Assembly: GCA_963740355.1 (NCBI GenBank)
Contig: CAVUDW010000002.1
Span: 1,792,001-1,856,000 of the forward strand
Origin: an uncultured Gemmatimonadaceae bacterium
Lineage (GTDB): Bacteria > Gemmatimonadota > Gemmatimonadetes > Gemmatimonadales > Gemmatimonadaceae
Length of the DNA: 64,000 nt
Direction: 5' to 3'
In this document: positions 47,245-56,834 of the stretch, piece after piece
How the letters are laid out: every line of letters starts with the position of its first letter
Position numbering within the stretch: the stretch's first letter is position 1
The notes under the pieces: generated by a model
The model's input: the letters and a program-made list of their open reading frames with translations, nothing else
Databases searched by the model: none
What the model was told of the DNA's origin: nothing
Program-made: the position numbers and the translations under genes

Positions 47245-47633
47245 CTAGGACGGAGCGCCGACGAAGACTTCGGAGGCGATGAACCAGCCAAGGGATGTGA
47301 AGATCCATTGAGCGAGGTAGGTGCCGCGCATCGCTTCTCTCGCGCGACCGTGCTGCCAGTGGCCGACCCAATGGCCCATTTCGGTGGCCGAGGTGGGCGG
47401 AACGGAGAGCGTGACCGTGTCGGGCGTGCGAACGTATCCCCGGAAGGATGGGTCGGCGAATTGCTCGGCGAACGCAGCGCGGTTGGCGGCACGGCCCGCC
47501 AATGTCGGCCCACCGGCGACGGCCACCGAGACATCGGGCTGCAACAGCGACACCACGCCGTCGAGGTCACGGGCGGCGATGGCGCGTTGGACTGTGCGCG
47601 GCGGGCGCGGATCGAGGCGACGTGATCGGTCAT
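47245..47633 (-). CDS. NTF2-like (DUF4440/SnoaL) protein; -1 frameshift near 47585
   Basis: MTDHVASIRARRAQSNA joins AIAARDLDGVVSLLQPDV...GRAANRAAF...YVRTPD...E.G.W.G.W...G.YLAQW...W.I.SEVFV if one base is restored in AAC GC GCC. Confidence 0.75.
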
Positions 47634-47741
47634 GCCCAAATATGACGGAGTCTCCGGGCCGGACGCCCCACCGATTCGGGCCGCTGTCGGCGGCCTCGAT
47701 GGGGCCTGTTCCTTTGACCGCAGCGCGACGATGTTCCGCCC

Positions 47742-48557
47742 ATGGACCGCAGACAATTCCTTGCTACCTCGGCACTCGGCACTGCCTCCCTCGGCGCCGC
47801 CCAGTTGCCATTTGCCACCCTCAGCTCGCGCGACATGCCAGACGAGTCACTCGCTGCACCGACGCACGCCTCGAATCGAAAGATCCTGATCGCCGGCGGT
47901 GGCTTCAACAAGGCGTTCATTCGCTACATGGCCGTGCTGTCGGGGAAGAAGCGGCCGCGCATCTGTTACCTGCCCACCGCGTCGGCCGACAACGAAGCTG
48001 GCATCGTCTACTTCTACAGCCAGTGCGCGGAGCTGGATGTCGAACCGCATGTGCAGCGCAGCTTCATCGAGAGCCTGAGCCAGACGCGCGGCTGGGATGA
48101 AGTGCTGTTGTCGATGGACGGCATCGTCGTTTCCGGTGGGAACACGCTCAACCAGCAGGCCATCTGGAAGGCGCAGGGTATCGATGTCGTGCTGAAGCAG
48201 GCGTGGGACAAGGGTGTGGTGCTGGGCGGTGCGAGCGCAGGCTCGCTCTGCTGGTTCGAGGAAGGCACGACTGACTCGCGGCCCAAGGCGCTCTCGATCG
48301 TGAAGTGCCTCGGATTCCTGCCTGGCAGTCACTCGCCGCACTACGATCGCGAGGCTGGACGGCGCCCGCTGTATCATCAGTTGATCGGTTCAGGGGCCAT
48401 GAAGCCCGGATACGCCTGCGACAACGACGCCGGCATCTACTTCGAAGACACGACGGTGAAACGCGTCGTCTCAACGAGGCCCGAAGCCAAGGTGTACTAC
48501 GTGAGTGTGGTGAACGGCGCCGTGGTCGAGAAGACACTCGAGCCTGAGCCGATCTAG
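47742..48557 (+). CDS. Peptidase E / S51 family with Tat signal
   Basis: MDRRQFL twin-arginine leader; YLPTASAD, VSGGNT, GASAG, SPHYD. Confidence 0.88.
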   Translation: MDRRQFLATSALGTASLGAAQLPFATLSSRDMPDESLAAPTHASNRKILIAGGGFNKAFIRYMAVLSGKKRPRICYLPTASADNEAGIVYFYSQCAELDVEPHVQRSFIESLSQTRGWDEVLLSMDGIVVSGGNTLNQQAIWKAQGIDVVLKQAWDKGVVLGGASAGSLCWFEEGTTDSRPKALSIVKCLGFLPGSHSPHYDREAGRRPLYHQLIGSGAMKPGYACDNDAGIYFEDTTVKRVVSTRPEAKVYYVSVVNGAVVEKTLEPEPI

Positions 48558-48606
48558 CAACGACCGCTGCAGCGACTGCTGCGGCTCCATCAACTGAGGC
48601 TCATCC

Positions 48607-49215
48607 ATGCCGCTCGATCCCAATACCACCGCCGTGCTCCTCATCGAGTACCAGAATGAGTTCACCAGTGAGGGAGGTGTGCTGCACCCCGCCGTTGCCG
48701 GGGTGATGGCCAGCACCAACATGCTGGAAAACACCAAGACGCTCGTCGCCGCCGCCCGCACCGCTGGCGTCACCGTCATGCACGCTCCAATCACCTTTGC
48801 ACCTGGCTACGGCGAATTGACGCGGCATCCGTACGGCATCCTGAAAGGCGTGGTGGATGGAAACTGTTTCGTGAAGGGCACCTGGGGCGCGGAAATCATC
48901 GACGACCTGGCGCCGGTGGAGGGCGACATCGTCATCGAGGGCAAGCGAGGACTCGACACCTTCGCCAGCACCAACGTCGACTTCATCCTCCGCAGCAAGG
49001 GCATCAAGACCGTCATCATCGGTGGATTCCTCACCAACTGCTGCGTCGAGTCCACCATGCGGACGGCCTACGAGCACGGCTTCGACGTCATCACGCTCAA
49101 GGATTGCACCGCGGCCACGTCGGCCGAGGGTCACGAGAACGCGATTACTTACGACTTCCCGATGTTCTCCACACCGATGAACTCAGCGGATGTGATCGGA
49201 ATGATGAAGGCGTAG
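48607..49215 (+). CDS. Isochorismatase-family cysteine hydrolase
   Basis: TAVLLIEYQNEF, GKRGLD.F, GFLTNCCVESTMRTAYE.GF. Confidence 0.9.
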   Translation: MPLDPNTTAVLLIEYQNEFTSEGGVLHPAVAGVMASTNMLENTKTLVAAARTAGVTVMHAPITFAPGYGELTRHPYGILKGVVDGNCFVKGTWGAEIIDDLAPVEGDIVIEGKRGLDTFASTNVDFILRSKGIKTVIIGGFLTNCCVESTMRTAYEHGFDVITLKDCTAATSAEGHENAITYDFPMFSTPMNSADVIGMMKA

Positions 49216-49245
49216 TTGCGGCTCTGAAGGACGCGCTCACAATAG

Positions 49246-49283
49246 ACGGGGCACCCCGCACGGTCGCGGGGCGCCCCGTTTTT
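49246..49283 (+). terminator. Rho-independent terminator
   Basis: acggggcaccccgc-loop-gcggggcgccccgt followed by a T run. Confidence 0.8.
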
Positions 49284-49436
49284 GGTGTCTTTCGGCTGTG
49301 TCCGGATCCCGCGTGGCACGATCATCGCCTTCGACCGATGATTTCGGCCGACCGTCGCGGTCAAAGGCCCATGAACGCCGTGGGGGAGGGAACTCGCCGA
49401 CGCGCATACCATCGTCGCTTGACCCGAGGAGCCGCA

Positions 49437-49817
49437 GTGAATCGCAAGAATGTGCTGTACTGGACCGTCACCGTGCTGTTCAGCGCGCTGATGATTTTCT
49501 CCGCCATCCCTGGCATAATGCGGTCGCCTGACGCGGTGGCGATGTTCGAGACGCACCTCGGCTATCCGTCATACTTCACTGTGTATCTCAGCGTGGCCAA
49601 GCTGGTCGGAGCACTGGTGCTGCTCGTGCCGCGATTCCCGCGTGTGAAGGAATGGGCGTTCGCGGGGTTCGCGTTCGACCTCGTCTCCGCGATGTATTCG
49701 TTCGCCTCGGTCGGTGATCCTGTCGCGTCGTGGGCACCTCTGTTCATCGGGCTTGCCCTGTTGGGCGTGACGTACCTGCTGCATCACCGCCGGCTTGCTG
49801 AACACGCGGTGCCCTGA
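49437..49817 (+). CDS. DoxX-like membrane protein
   Basis: GAGGAG RBS before GTG; YWTVT.L, HLGYP.YF, AKL.G, KEWAFAGF.FDL.SA. Confidence 0.85.
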   Translation: MNRKNVLYWTVTVLFSALMIFSAIPGIMRSPDAVAMFETHLGYPSYFTVYLSVAKLVGALVLLVPRFPRVKEWAFAGFAFDLVSAMYSFASVGDPVASWAPLFIGLALLGVTYLLHHRRLAEHAVP

Positions 49818-49889
49818 TGTCATGCCCTGCTGCATCAGCCGGAGTCGGCCCGGCAAGTTGGCGATGATTGGCGTGTGAAGGCACGACGC

Positions 49890-49929
49890 AAAACGGGGAG
49901 GCCTGCGCAATCGCAAGCCTCCCCGTTTT
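49890..49929. terminator. Bidirectional Rho-independent terminator
   Basis: aaaacggggaggc...gcctccccgtttt between convergent genes. Confidence 0.8.
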
Positions 49930-49951
49930 CACTGCATCGTGCGGTGAGCGA

Positions 49952-51970
49952 CTACAACACCGCTGCCTGCAGGTCTTCGACTGCCTTCTTCAGCATCTTG
50001 GCCTTCGCATCGTCACACCCGGCGCGCGTGTCGGCTTCCAGCGAGCCGGCCAGCGTGCGGAGCAGCGTCGAGCGTTCTGCACCAGCGGCACGTTCGGCCG
50101 CCGTCAGGCCGGCGCGGATCTGCGCGATGCGCGGAGCTGCCACACAGCCCTTGCGCTCCAGCTGGTCCGTGAACGAGCGGGCCAGCGCATAGCTGGGCGG
50201 CCACTCGAGCTTCGGCTGTCCCTGGGCGTTCAGGTACGAGAACACCACCGTCTTCGCCGCATCGATCTCATTCTGCGAGATGTACTGGCTCGGAATCAGT
50301 TCGGTCAGGTCCATACCGCGTGCAATTTCCGAGCTGATCATGTGACCGTTGTACCAGTACACCGACCACGAACCACCGACCACGACACGCGTCGAGTCGA
50401 CCGGCCCGCGGTCGAACGAGGCGATTTCCTGCGGGTGTGCTGCATCGGTCCAATCGAAGACCGAGATGCCACCTTGGTACCACGACTGCACCATCACGTC
50501 GCGGCCCGGGATCGGGATCAACGAGCCGTTGTGTGCGACGCAGTTCTCGGCTCCCGTCTGCACGGTCGGGATCTTGTAGTAGCTCTGGAACTTCAGCTTC
50601 CGATTTTCGATCGTGAAGATCGCGTTGGCGCCCCATTCCGGCTTGTCGCCGGCGCGGCACTTCGGCGAGGTACCGCCGCCCCATTCGTCGGAGAACAGGA
50701 GCTTGGTGCCATCGTTGTTGAACGTCGCTGAATGCCAGTAGGCGAAGTTCGAGTCGGCAGCGGCATCGAGGCGGTACGGATTGACCGGATCGCTGATGTC
50801 GAGCAGGATGCCATGGCCTTCACATGCACCGCCCGCCAGGCCGAGGGCCGGGTAGACCGTGATGTCGTGGCACTGCGAGCGCTCGGAGACCGCGCCACCC
50901 GGCGCAGCTGCGGTGCCGAAGGCGTTGTTGATGATCGTCTGAATCCCACCACGGAGCGCGGTCGAGTCGGCGGCCGTCGGCGCACCACTGCCGCCACGGG
51001 CCTTCACGATGCTGTCGAGCAGCGGCCGAATCATCTGGTTCGGAACGACCAGCTCGGCGCCCGACTGCGGGTTCTTCGCAATGAATCCACCGGCCGCGCG
51101 TGCAGCGGCGACGACCTTGTTGGTGGCTTCCTTGTCGGCGTCGGACGGGCCATGCCCCGAAATCGAGTTCAGGCCGGCGAAGATGTTCGCCCGGCTCACG
51201 ACGGCGGCCTTGGTCGGATCCGCGAGCGGAACCTTGATGATCTCGATGCGCAGGCGCGACGAGTTCGGGTCGGTGCTGCTCACGTTGCCAGCGCAGCCGG
51301 CCAGTTCGTTCGGCGAGCGGATGCCGGCAGAACCCGAGACGTAGATGTAGATGTTCGCCTTGTCCTTCGGATCCTCGAGCACCGTGTGCGTGTGCGAACC
51401 ACGGCACGTCTGCACGTTGGCGATCAGCTTCGGCGCCTTGATGTCGGTGATGTCGAAGATGCGCACGCCGCGCATGCGCTGGGCGCTGACCGTGTCCTGC
51501 ACACCACCAGGCGAGCAATCCACCTTGCCGTTGTTCGCCTCGACCGACATGAACATCAGGTTCCGGTAAACCGACACGTCATTCTGCGAGGCCGGGCACG
51601 AATACGACGTCACCAGCACCGGCTTGGTCGGGTCCGACATGTCCCAGATGATCGGGCCATTGAAGTTGCCCTGGATTGCGTACTTGCCGGTGAACGTGAT
51701 GTCGGAGTTCCATGCGCCATTGGCGCTGGCCGGCGTCTGCGCAAAGCCGGTCACCTTCATGTTCGACACGGCCTGCTGCGCGTCATACAAACCGCCGCGG
51801 AGACCGACACGCGCATCCTTGGACCAATCGGCCGTGGAGCCGCTCGACGGCTTCGCATTCGGCGATGGCTTGGCTGCAGCGCAGGCGGTCAGGCCGGCGA
51901 TGGCAACGAGTGTCGTGAGCTGACCAACTCGCGTGCGGGCACGGAGTTGGTGCTGACGGGACAGGGACAT
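49952..51970 (-). CDS. LVIVD-repeat lipoprotein
   Basis: LTAC lipobox; NSDITF, CP..QNDVSVY, TCRGSHTHT, CHDITV, WHSATF, DEWGGG, CVAHNG, WYQGG. Confidence 0.85.
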   Translation of the reverse strand: MSLSRQHQLRARTRVGQLTTLVAIAGLTACAAAKPSPNAKPSSGSTADWSKDARVGLRGGLYDAQQAVSNMKVTGFAQTPASANGAWNSDITFTGKYAIQGNFNGPIIWDMSDPTKPVLVTSYSCPASQNDVSVYRNLMFMSVEANNGKVDCSPGGVQDTVSAQRMRGVRIFDITDIKAPKLIANVQTCRGSHTHTVLEDPKDKANIYIYVSGSAGIRSPNELAGCAGNVSSTDPNSSRLRIEIIKVPLADPTKAAVVSRANIFAGLNSISGHGPSDADKEATNKVVAAARAAGGFIAKNPQSGAELVVPNQMIRPLLDSIVKARGGSGAPTAADSTALRGGIQTIINNAFGTAAAPGGAVSERSQCHDITVYPALGLAGGACEGHGILLDISDPVNPYRLDAAADSNFAYWHSATFNNDGTKLLFSDEWGGGTSPKCRAGDKPEWGANAIFTIENRKLKFQSYYKIPTVQTGAENCVAHNGSLIPIPGRDVMVQSWYQGGISVFDWTDAAHPQEIASFDRGPVDSTRVVVGGSWSVYWYNGHMISSEIARGMDLTELIPSQYISQNEIDAAKTVVFSYLNAQGQPKLEWPPSYALARSFTDQLERKGCVAAPRIAQIRAGLTAAERAAGAERSTLLRTLAGSLEADTRAGCDDAKAKMLKKAVEDLQAAVL

Positions 51971-52019
51971 CGGGATACCTCGGGGTTGATGTACGTCGTA
52001 TCTCATGAAACCTCCAACT

Positions 52020-52748
52020 TCAGTCCTGCGGTGGCGCAAATCCCATCTCGAGCAACATCGACAACATCCGCTTGATCTCCGTGGATTGATCCACCTCGAC
52101 ATCGGCGGCGAACTTGAAGACCGTCTCGTCCTGTCCCGCGCCCTGGTTGCTGAACAGTGTGCGCACCATCGACACGGCGCCGCGGTGATGCTGCATCATG
52201 TAGACGAGAAAGAGATGATCGAACTCGGTGCCGCGCGCGGCATCCAGCTCCTTCAGCTGGGCCTCGGTGAGCATGCCGGGCATCGTGCTCATACCGGCCA
52301 TGCCTGCCATCGACGACATGTCATGCCCCGCGTGCGCGCCTGCCGCCGCGGCCGCCGGCTTGGCTGCGGTGACATTGCCAAGCGTGTCCACCTGCATCGG
52401 ATCCTGGTTTCGATCCTGCAGCCAATGCTGCATCATGGTGATCTCATCCGACTGCGCATTGATGATGCGCGAGGTGAGGCGCAGCACCGCCGGTGACGCA
52501 CCATGGGTCGGCGCCCAGCGCGAGATGTAGATCGCCTGCGCGTGATGATGGATCATCCCGCTCATGAAGTCGATGTCAGCCTGTGTGTACGGCAGGCGCG
52601 CCGAGTCGGCCTTGGCGCGGGCCGTGGCACCAGCCTGTCCCATCACGAAGCCACTGGACGCATTCGATTGGGCGGCGCAGGCGGCGAGGAGCGCAACAGC
52701 GCCCGAAACGAGCAGGGAAGCACGCACGGAAATTCGAAAGTCGGTCAT
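52020..52748 (-). CDS. DUF305 (ferritin-like, CopM-like) lipoprotein
   Basis: LAAC lipobox; ADIDFMSGMIHHHAQA, I.AQ..EI..M, MPGM, F...M.QHHRGAV.M, Q..EI.RM. Confidence 0.88.
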   Translation of the reverse strand: MTDFRISVRASLLVSGAVALLAACAAQSNASSGFVMGQAGATARAKADSARLPYTQADIDFMSGMIHHHAQAIYISRWAPTHGASPAVLRLTSRIINAQSDEITMMQHWLQDRNQDPMQVDTLGNVTAAKPAAAAAGAHAGHDMSSMAGMAGMSTMPGMLTEAQLKELDAARGTEFDHLFLVYMMQHHRGAVSMVRTLFSNQGAGQDETVFKFAADVEVDQSTEIKRMLSMLLEMGFAPPQD

Positions 52749-53118
52749 GCGTTCGATACGCGGCAAAGAGGGAAGCATCGGGCGCCATGATGACGGTCCA
52801 TCAGACGGCCAGACATGCAAGATACCGTACGCACAGCACTGGAATCGCGCTGACGAGCTCGGCAGCAGGCTTCAAGGGGCAATCAGACCTGCGCGCCCGT
52901 GGATCGCCGGGCTCCGCGACGATATCCGAGCAGACTGGAATTGACATGACGGCGAAAATGCGCTCTCAGATTCACCGCGGTCCTTCACCGCGGTTCCGGA
53001 CCCGCACCGTCTGAGACACCCTCCATGGCCCCTTCGGTTGCAGGCTGCAGCCAATGGCGCGGTGGTGCGCCGGTAGCGACCTTCGGGCTTCCTTCCCCCC
53101 GACGTCAGGTTTCGATCC

Positions 53119-54039
53119 ATGCGATTGCCCTCACTGCTGCTCATCGTCCTCGCCATAACGGCCCCGCGCGCCGTGATTGGCCAGCCAGCGCAGCGTGCCG
53201 ACAGGCGCACCGCCGTGACTGCCGCCGCCGATTCCCTGGTCGTGAGTACCGACTGGGTTGCTGCTCATCTTGCCGATCCGGCGGTGGTGGTGGTGGAGGT
53301 GGTCAATGAGCCGGGATCACGCGGGCCGCACATCCCTGGGTCGCGGGCCCTCTTCTACCGGCTGATGACCGTGAGCCGGGACGGCCTGAGCACAGAATTG
53401 CCCCCGGCTGATTCGCTCAAGGCATTGTTCGAGGGCCTCGGCATCTCGAGCAACACGCGCGTTGTCGTCTACGCGCACGAAGCACCGATGGCAACGCGAA
53501 TGCTGATGACGCTCGACTACCTCGGTCACAAGCGATTCTCGTACCTCGACGGCGGCCTGCCGAAGTGGATGGCTGAGAAACACCCGCTCACCGGAGAGGA
53601 AATCGTGGCGACGAGGGGTTCGATGGCGATCGCGCCGCGCACCGACCTGATCGCCACGGCTGATTGGCTGGCACCGCGCGTCGGCAAGCCAGGATTGTCA
53701 CTCATCGATACCCGGACCACCGGTGAATACAATGGCACCGGTAATCGCAGCGGGATGCCGAGTGCCGGCCACCTCGATGGTGCTCGTCAGCTCGAGTGGG
53801 AAAACCTGTTCACGGAAGGCAATGGGTTGCTGCTCAAGGATCGCGCTGAATTGCAGAAGCTGTTCGCTGATCGCATCAGCGGTGACGCGACCGTGGTCAC
53901 ATATTGCTGGGTGGGCTATCGCGCCAGCGCGACCTTTTTCGCGGCGCGGTTACTCGGCCTGAACGCAAAGTTCTACGACGGGTCGTACCAGGACTGGCAG
54001 GTGCGCAAGCTGCCTACGAAGGCGGGCGGCACGCCGTAA
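53119..54039 (+). CDS. Two-domain rhodanese / sulfurtransferase with signal peptide
   Basis: LVVSTDW, HIPGS, LDGG..W, IDTR..EY.G, GH..GA, YCWVGYRAS, YDGS..DW. Confidence 0.9.
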   Translation: MRLPSLLLIVLAITAPRAVIGQPAQRADRRTAVTAAADSLVVSTDWVAAHLADPAVVVVEVVNEPGSRGPHIPGSRALFYRLMTVSRDGLSTELPPADSLKALFEGLGISSNTRVVVYAHEAPMATRMLMTLDYLGHKRFSYLDGGLPKWMAEKHPLTGEEIVATRGSMAIAPRTDLIATADWLAPRVGKPGLSLIDTRTTGEYNGTGNRSGMPSAGHLDGARQLEWENLFTEGNGLLLKDRAELQKLFADRISGDATVVTYCWVGYRASATFFAARLLGLNAKFYDGSYQDWQVRKLPTKAGGTP

Positions 54040-54119
54040 CGAGCGGGCCGACGACGCCGGAAGCGCGGGCGACAAGTGCGCAGGCTTCAGGCGTGACGCC
54101 CCGCGTGCAAATTGGTGGC

Positions 54120-54986
54120 ATGACTGCCTTCTCCTTTGCGGGATCCGCCAGCTCCCTTCGCCGCGCGCTCGTCGTCGCCGCGCTTTTCCTCTCCCCGGCG
54201 CGCCTGCTCGCGCAGCCTGCGCCGGCGTGGGAGGTGTTTGCCATTCGATACGGCGCCTTGCCGGCGTTCCGCGTCTCCGGGCTGATCGCTGGCGCCGACA
54301 CGTCACGACGACTGGACGCGACCTTGGCAGTCTGGCTGCTGAAGGGCCCGAACGGGCGCAATGTCCTCGTCGATGCAGGGTTCCAGCGCGCCGAGCTGAT
54401 CGCCCGATGGAAGCCGATCGACTATCAACGCCCCGACTCCGCCGTCGCTCGCGCGGGTGTCGCAGCCAGCGCCGTCACCGATATCATCGTCTCGCACATT
54501 CACTGGGATCACTTCGACGGCGCGGACCTCTTTCCGAACGCGCGCATCTGGATTCAGCGCGAGGAAGTGGAACATCACATCGATTCAGTTGGCACGGTGC
54601 TCGATCGCGCCATCAATGCGCCCGATGCGCTGATGCTCGCCCAGCTGCGGAAGGCGGGACGTGTACAACTGGTCGATGGGGATGCGCGTGAGATCATCCT
54701 TGGCATCACGGTCTACACCGGCGGCAAGCACACCTTCCAGTCGCAGTACGCCGGCGTCAAGACGGCCGACGGCACCGTCGTGATCGCCTCCGACAACATG
54801 TACCTCTACGAAAATCTCGAGAAACACCTGCCCATCGCACAGACGCTCGATGCCGCGTCCAATCTTGCGGCGCAGCAGCGGATGACGACCATCGCGCCGA
54901 GCCCGCGCCTGATTGTGCCAGGCCATGATCCTGCCGTCTTCACGAAATTCTCGAGTGTTGCGCCGGGCGTGGTGCGAATCCGGTAG
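54120..54986 (+). CDS. Metallo-beta-lactamase-fold hydrolase, AHL-lactonase-like, with signal peptide
   Basis: VLVDAG, SHIHWDH, GGKHT..SQ, ASD..Y, IVPGHDP. Confidence 0.85.
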   Translation: MTAFSFAGSASSLRRALVVAALFLSPARLLAQPAPAWEVFAIRYGALPAFRVSGLIAGADTSRRLDATLAVWLLKGPNGRNVLVDAGFQRAELIARWKPIDYQRPDSAVARAGVAASAVTDIIVSHIHWDHFDGADLFPNARIWIQREEVEHHIDSVGTVLDRAINAPDALMLAQLRKAGRVQLVDGDAREIILGITVYTGGKHTFQSQYAGVKTADGTVVIASDNMYLYENLEKHLPIAQTLDAASNLAAQQRMTTIAPSPRLIVPGHDPAVFTKFSSVAPGVVRIR

Positions 54987-55106
54987 CCTGTCGGGACGGG
55001 TCGAGACGCAGCGCTGCCACGGCCGAGCATGGAGGCCTGCTGGAATGGACCGCAGTGCGGCCTGCTCGCAGATGACGGGCGTAGCCGGAATCGCTATCCT
55101 TCCTGC

Positions 55107-56630
55107 ATGGCGACCATCAAAGAATCCGACTTCATCCAGTCCATCGCGGACGCGCTCCAGCACATCTCGTACTTCCATCCGCTGGACTACATCCATGCGC
55201 TGGCGGACGCCTACGAGAAGGAGCAGAGTCCCGCGGCCAAGGATGCGATCGCGCAGATCCTGACCAACTCGCGCATGTGTGCCGAGGGGCATCGACCGAT
55301 CTGCCAGGACACGGGCATCGTGGTGGTGTTCCTGAAGGTCGGCATGAACGTGCGATGGGACGCGACGATGTCGGTGCAGGAGATGGTGAACGAAGGTGTG
55401 CGCCGCGCATACATGCTGCCGGAAAACGTCCTGCGTGCATCGATCGTGGCCGACCCGGCGTTCTCGCGCAAGAACACCCGCGACAACACGCCAGCCGTCG
55501 TGCACTATGAAATCGTCCCGGGCGACACGGTCGAAGTGAAGCTGGCCGCAAAGGGTGGCGGTTCCGAGAACAAGTCGAAGTTCGCGATGCTCAATCCGAA
55601 TGACTCGATCGTCGATTGGGTGATGAAGACGGTGCCGCTGATGGGTGCCGGATGGTGCCCACCGGGCATGCTCGGCATCGGCATCGGCGGGACCGCCGAG
55701 AAGGCGATGTTGATGGCGAAGGAATCGCTGATGGAACACATCGACATGGCGCAGCTCAAGCAGCGCGGGCCACAGAACAAGATCGAGGAGCTGCGCATCG
55801 AGCTCTGTGACAAGGTGAATGCCCTCGGTATTGGCGCACAGGGGCTGGGTGGGTTGTCGACGGTGCTGGACGTGAAGATCTTCGACTTCCCGACGCATGC
55901 TGCCTCGAAGCCGATCGCGATGATCCCGAACTGCGCGGCCACCCGTCACGCCCACTTCACGCTCGATGGCAGCGGCGTTGCCTCCTTGCCGATCCCGAAG
56001 CTCTCGGATTGGCCGCAGGTGACGTGGAAGCCGGACGTGAATGCGAAGCGCGTCGACCTGAACACGCTGACGCCGGAAATCGTCGGTAGCTGGAAGGCAG
56101 GCGACCGCCTGTTACTGCACGGCAAGCTGCTCACCGGACGAGATGCGGCGCACAAGCGCATCGCAGATCTGTACGCGAGCGGAGAAGGGCTGCCCGACGG
56201 CGTCGATTTCACCAATCGTGTGATCTACTACGTCGGGCCGGTCGATCCGGTGCGCGATGAAGCGGTGGGCCCGGCGGGACCGACGACGGCGACACGCATG
56301 GACAAGTTCACCGAGATGATGCTGGAGAAGACCGGCCTGATCGCGATGATCGGCAAGGCCGAACGTGGCCCGGCGGGGATCGAGGCGATCCGCAAGCACA
56401 AGGCGGCCTACCTGATGGCCGTCGGCGGCGCGGCCTACCTCGTCTCGAAGGCAATCCGCTCGTCACGCGTTATCGCATTCGCAGACCTCGGCATGGAAGC
56501 GATCTACGAATTCGACGTCGAAGACATGCCGGTCACCGTGGCGGTCGATGCCGAGGGGAGCAACGTGCACGAGACGGGTCCTCGTGAATGGGCCGAAAAG
56601 ATCCGGCAGTTGCCAGTGCTCGCCGGCTGA
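55107..56630 (+). CDS. fumA: Class I (Fe-S) fumarate hydratase
   Basis: RPICQDTG, AKGGGSEN, GAGWCPPG, PTHAAS, GRDAAH, GPTTATRMD, GMEAIYEF. Confidence 0.93.
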   Translation: MATIKESDFIQSIADALQHISYFHPLDYIHALADAYEKEQSPAAKDAIAQILTNSRMCAEGHRPICQDTGIVVVFLKVGMNVRWDATMSVQEMVNEGVRRAYMLPENVLRASIVADPAFSRKNTRDNTPAVVHYEIVPGDTVEVKLAAKGGGSENKSKFAMLNPNDSIVDWVMKTVPLMGAGWCPPGMLGIGIGGTAEKAMLMAKESLMEHIDMAQLKQRGPQNKIEELRIELCDKVNALGIGAQGLGGLSTVLDVKIFDFPTHAASKPIAMIPNCAATRHAHFTLDGSGVASLPIPKLSDWPQVTWKPDVNAKRVDLNTLTPEIVGSWKAGDRLLLHGKLLTGRDAAHKRIADLYASGEGLPDGVDFTNRVIYYVGPVDPVRDEAVGPAGPTTATRMDKFTEMMLEKTGLIAMIGKAERGPAGIEAIRKHKAAYLMAVGGAAYLVSKAIRSSRVIAFADLGMEAIYEFDVEDMPVTVAVDAEGSNVHETGPREWAEKIRQLPVLAG

Positions 56631-56834
56631 GTGAGCTGACGTACTCAGCCATGCAGTGCAGGCACCCCGACCGATAGATCCATCGGTCGGGCGCGGTCGT
56701 AGGTGAGGTGAAGGCCATGCACTTCACCATTTGTCCAGGCACGTTCCCGAGACTTCGCGACCCGCCGCTGATTGCGGCGTGCAAGGTATCGGCGGCTGCT
56801 GGGCATCCCTGCGTTCCGCTGACCGAGCCGCGCC

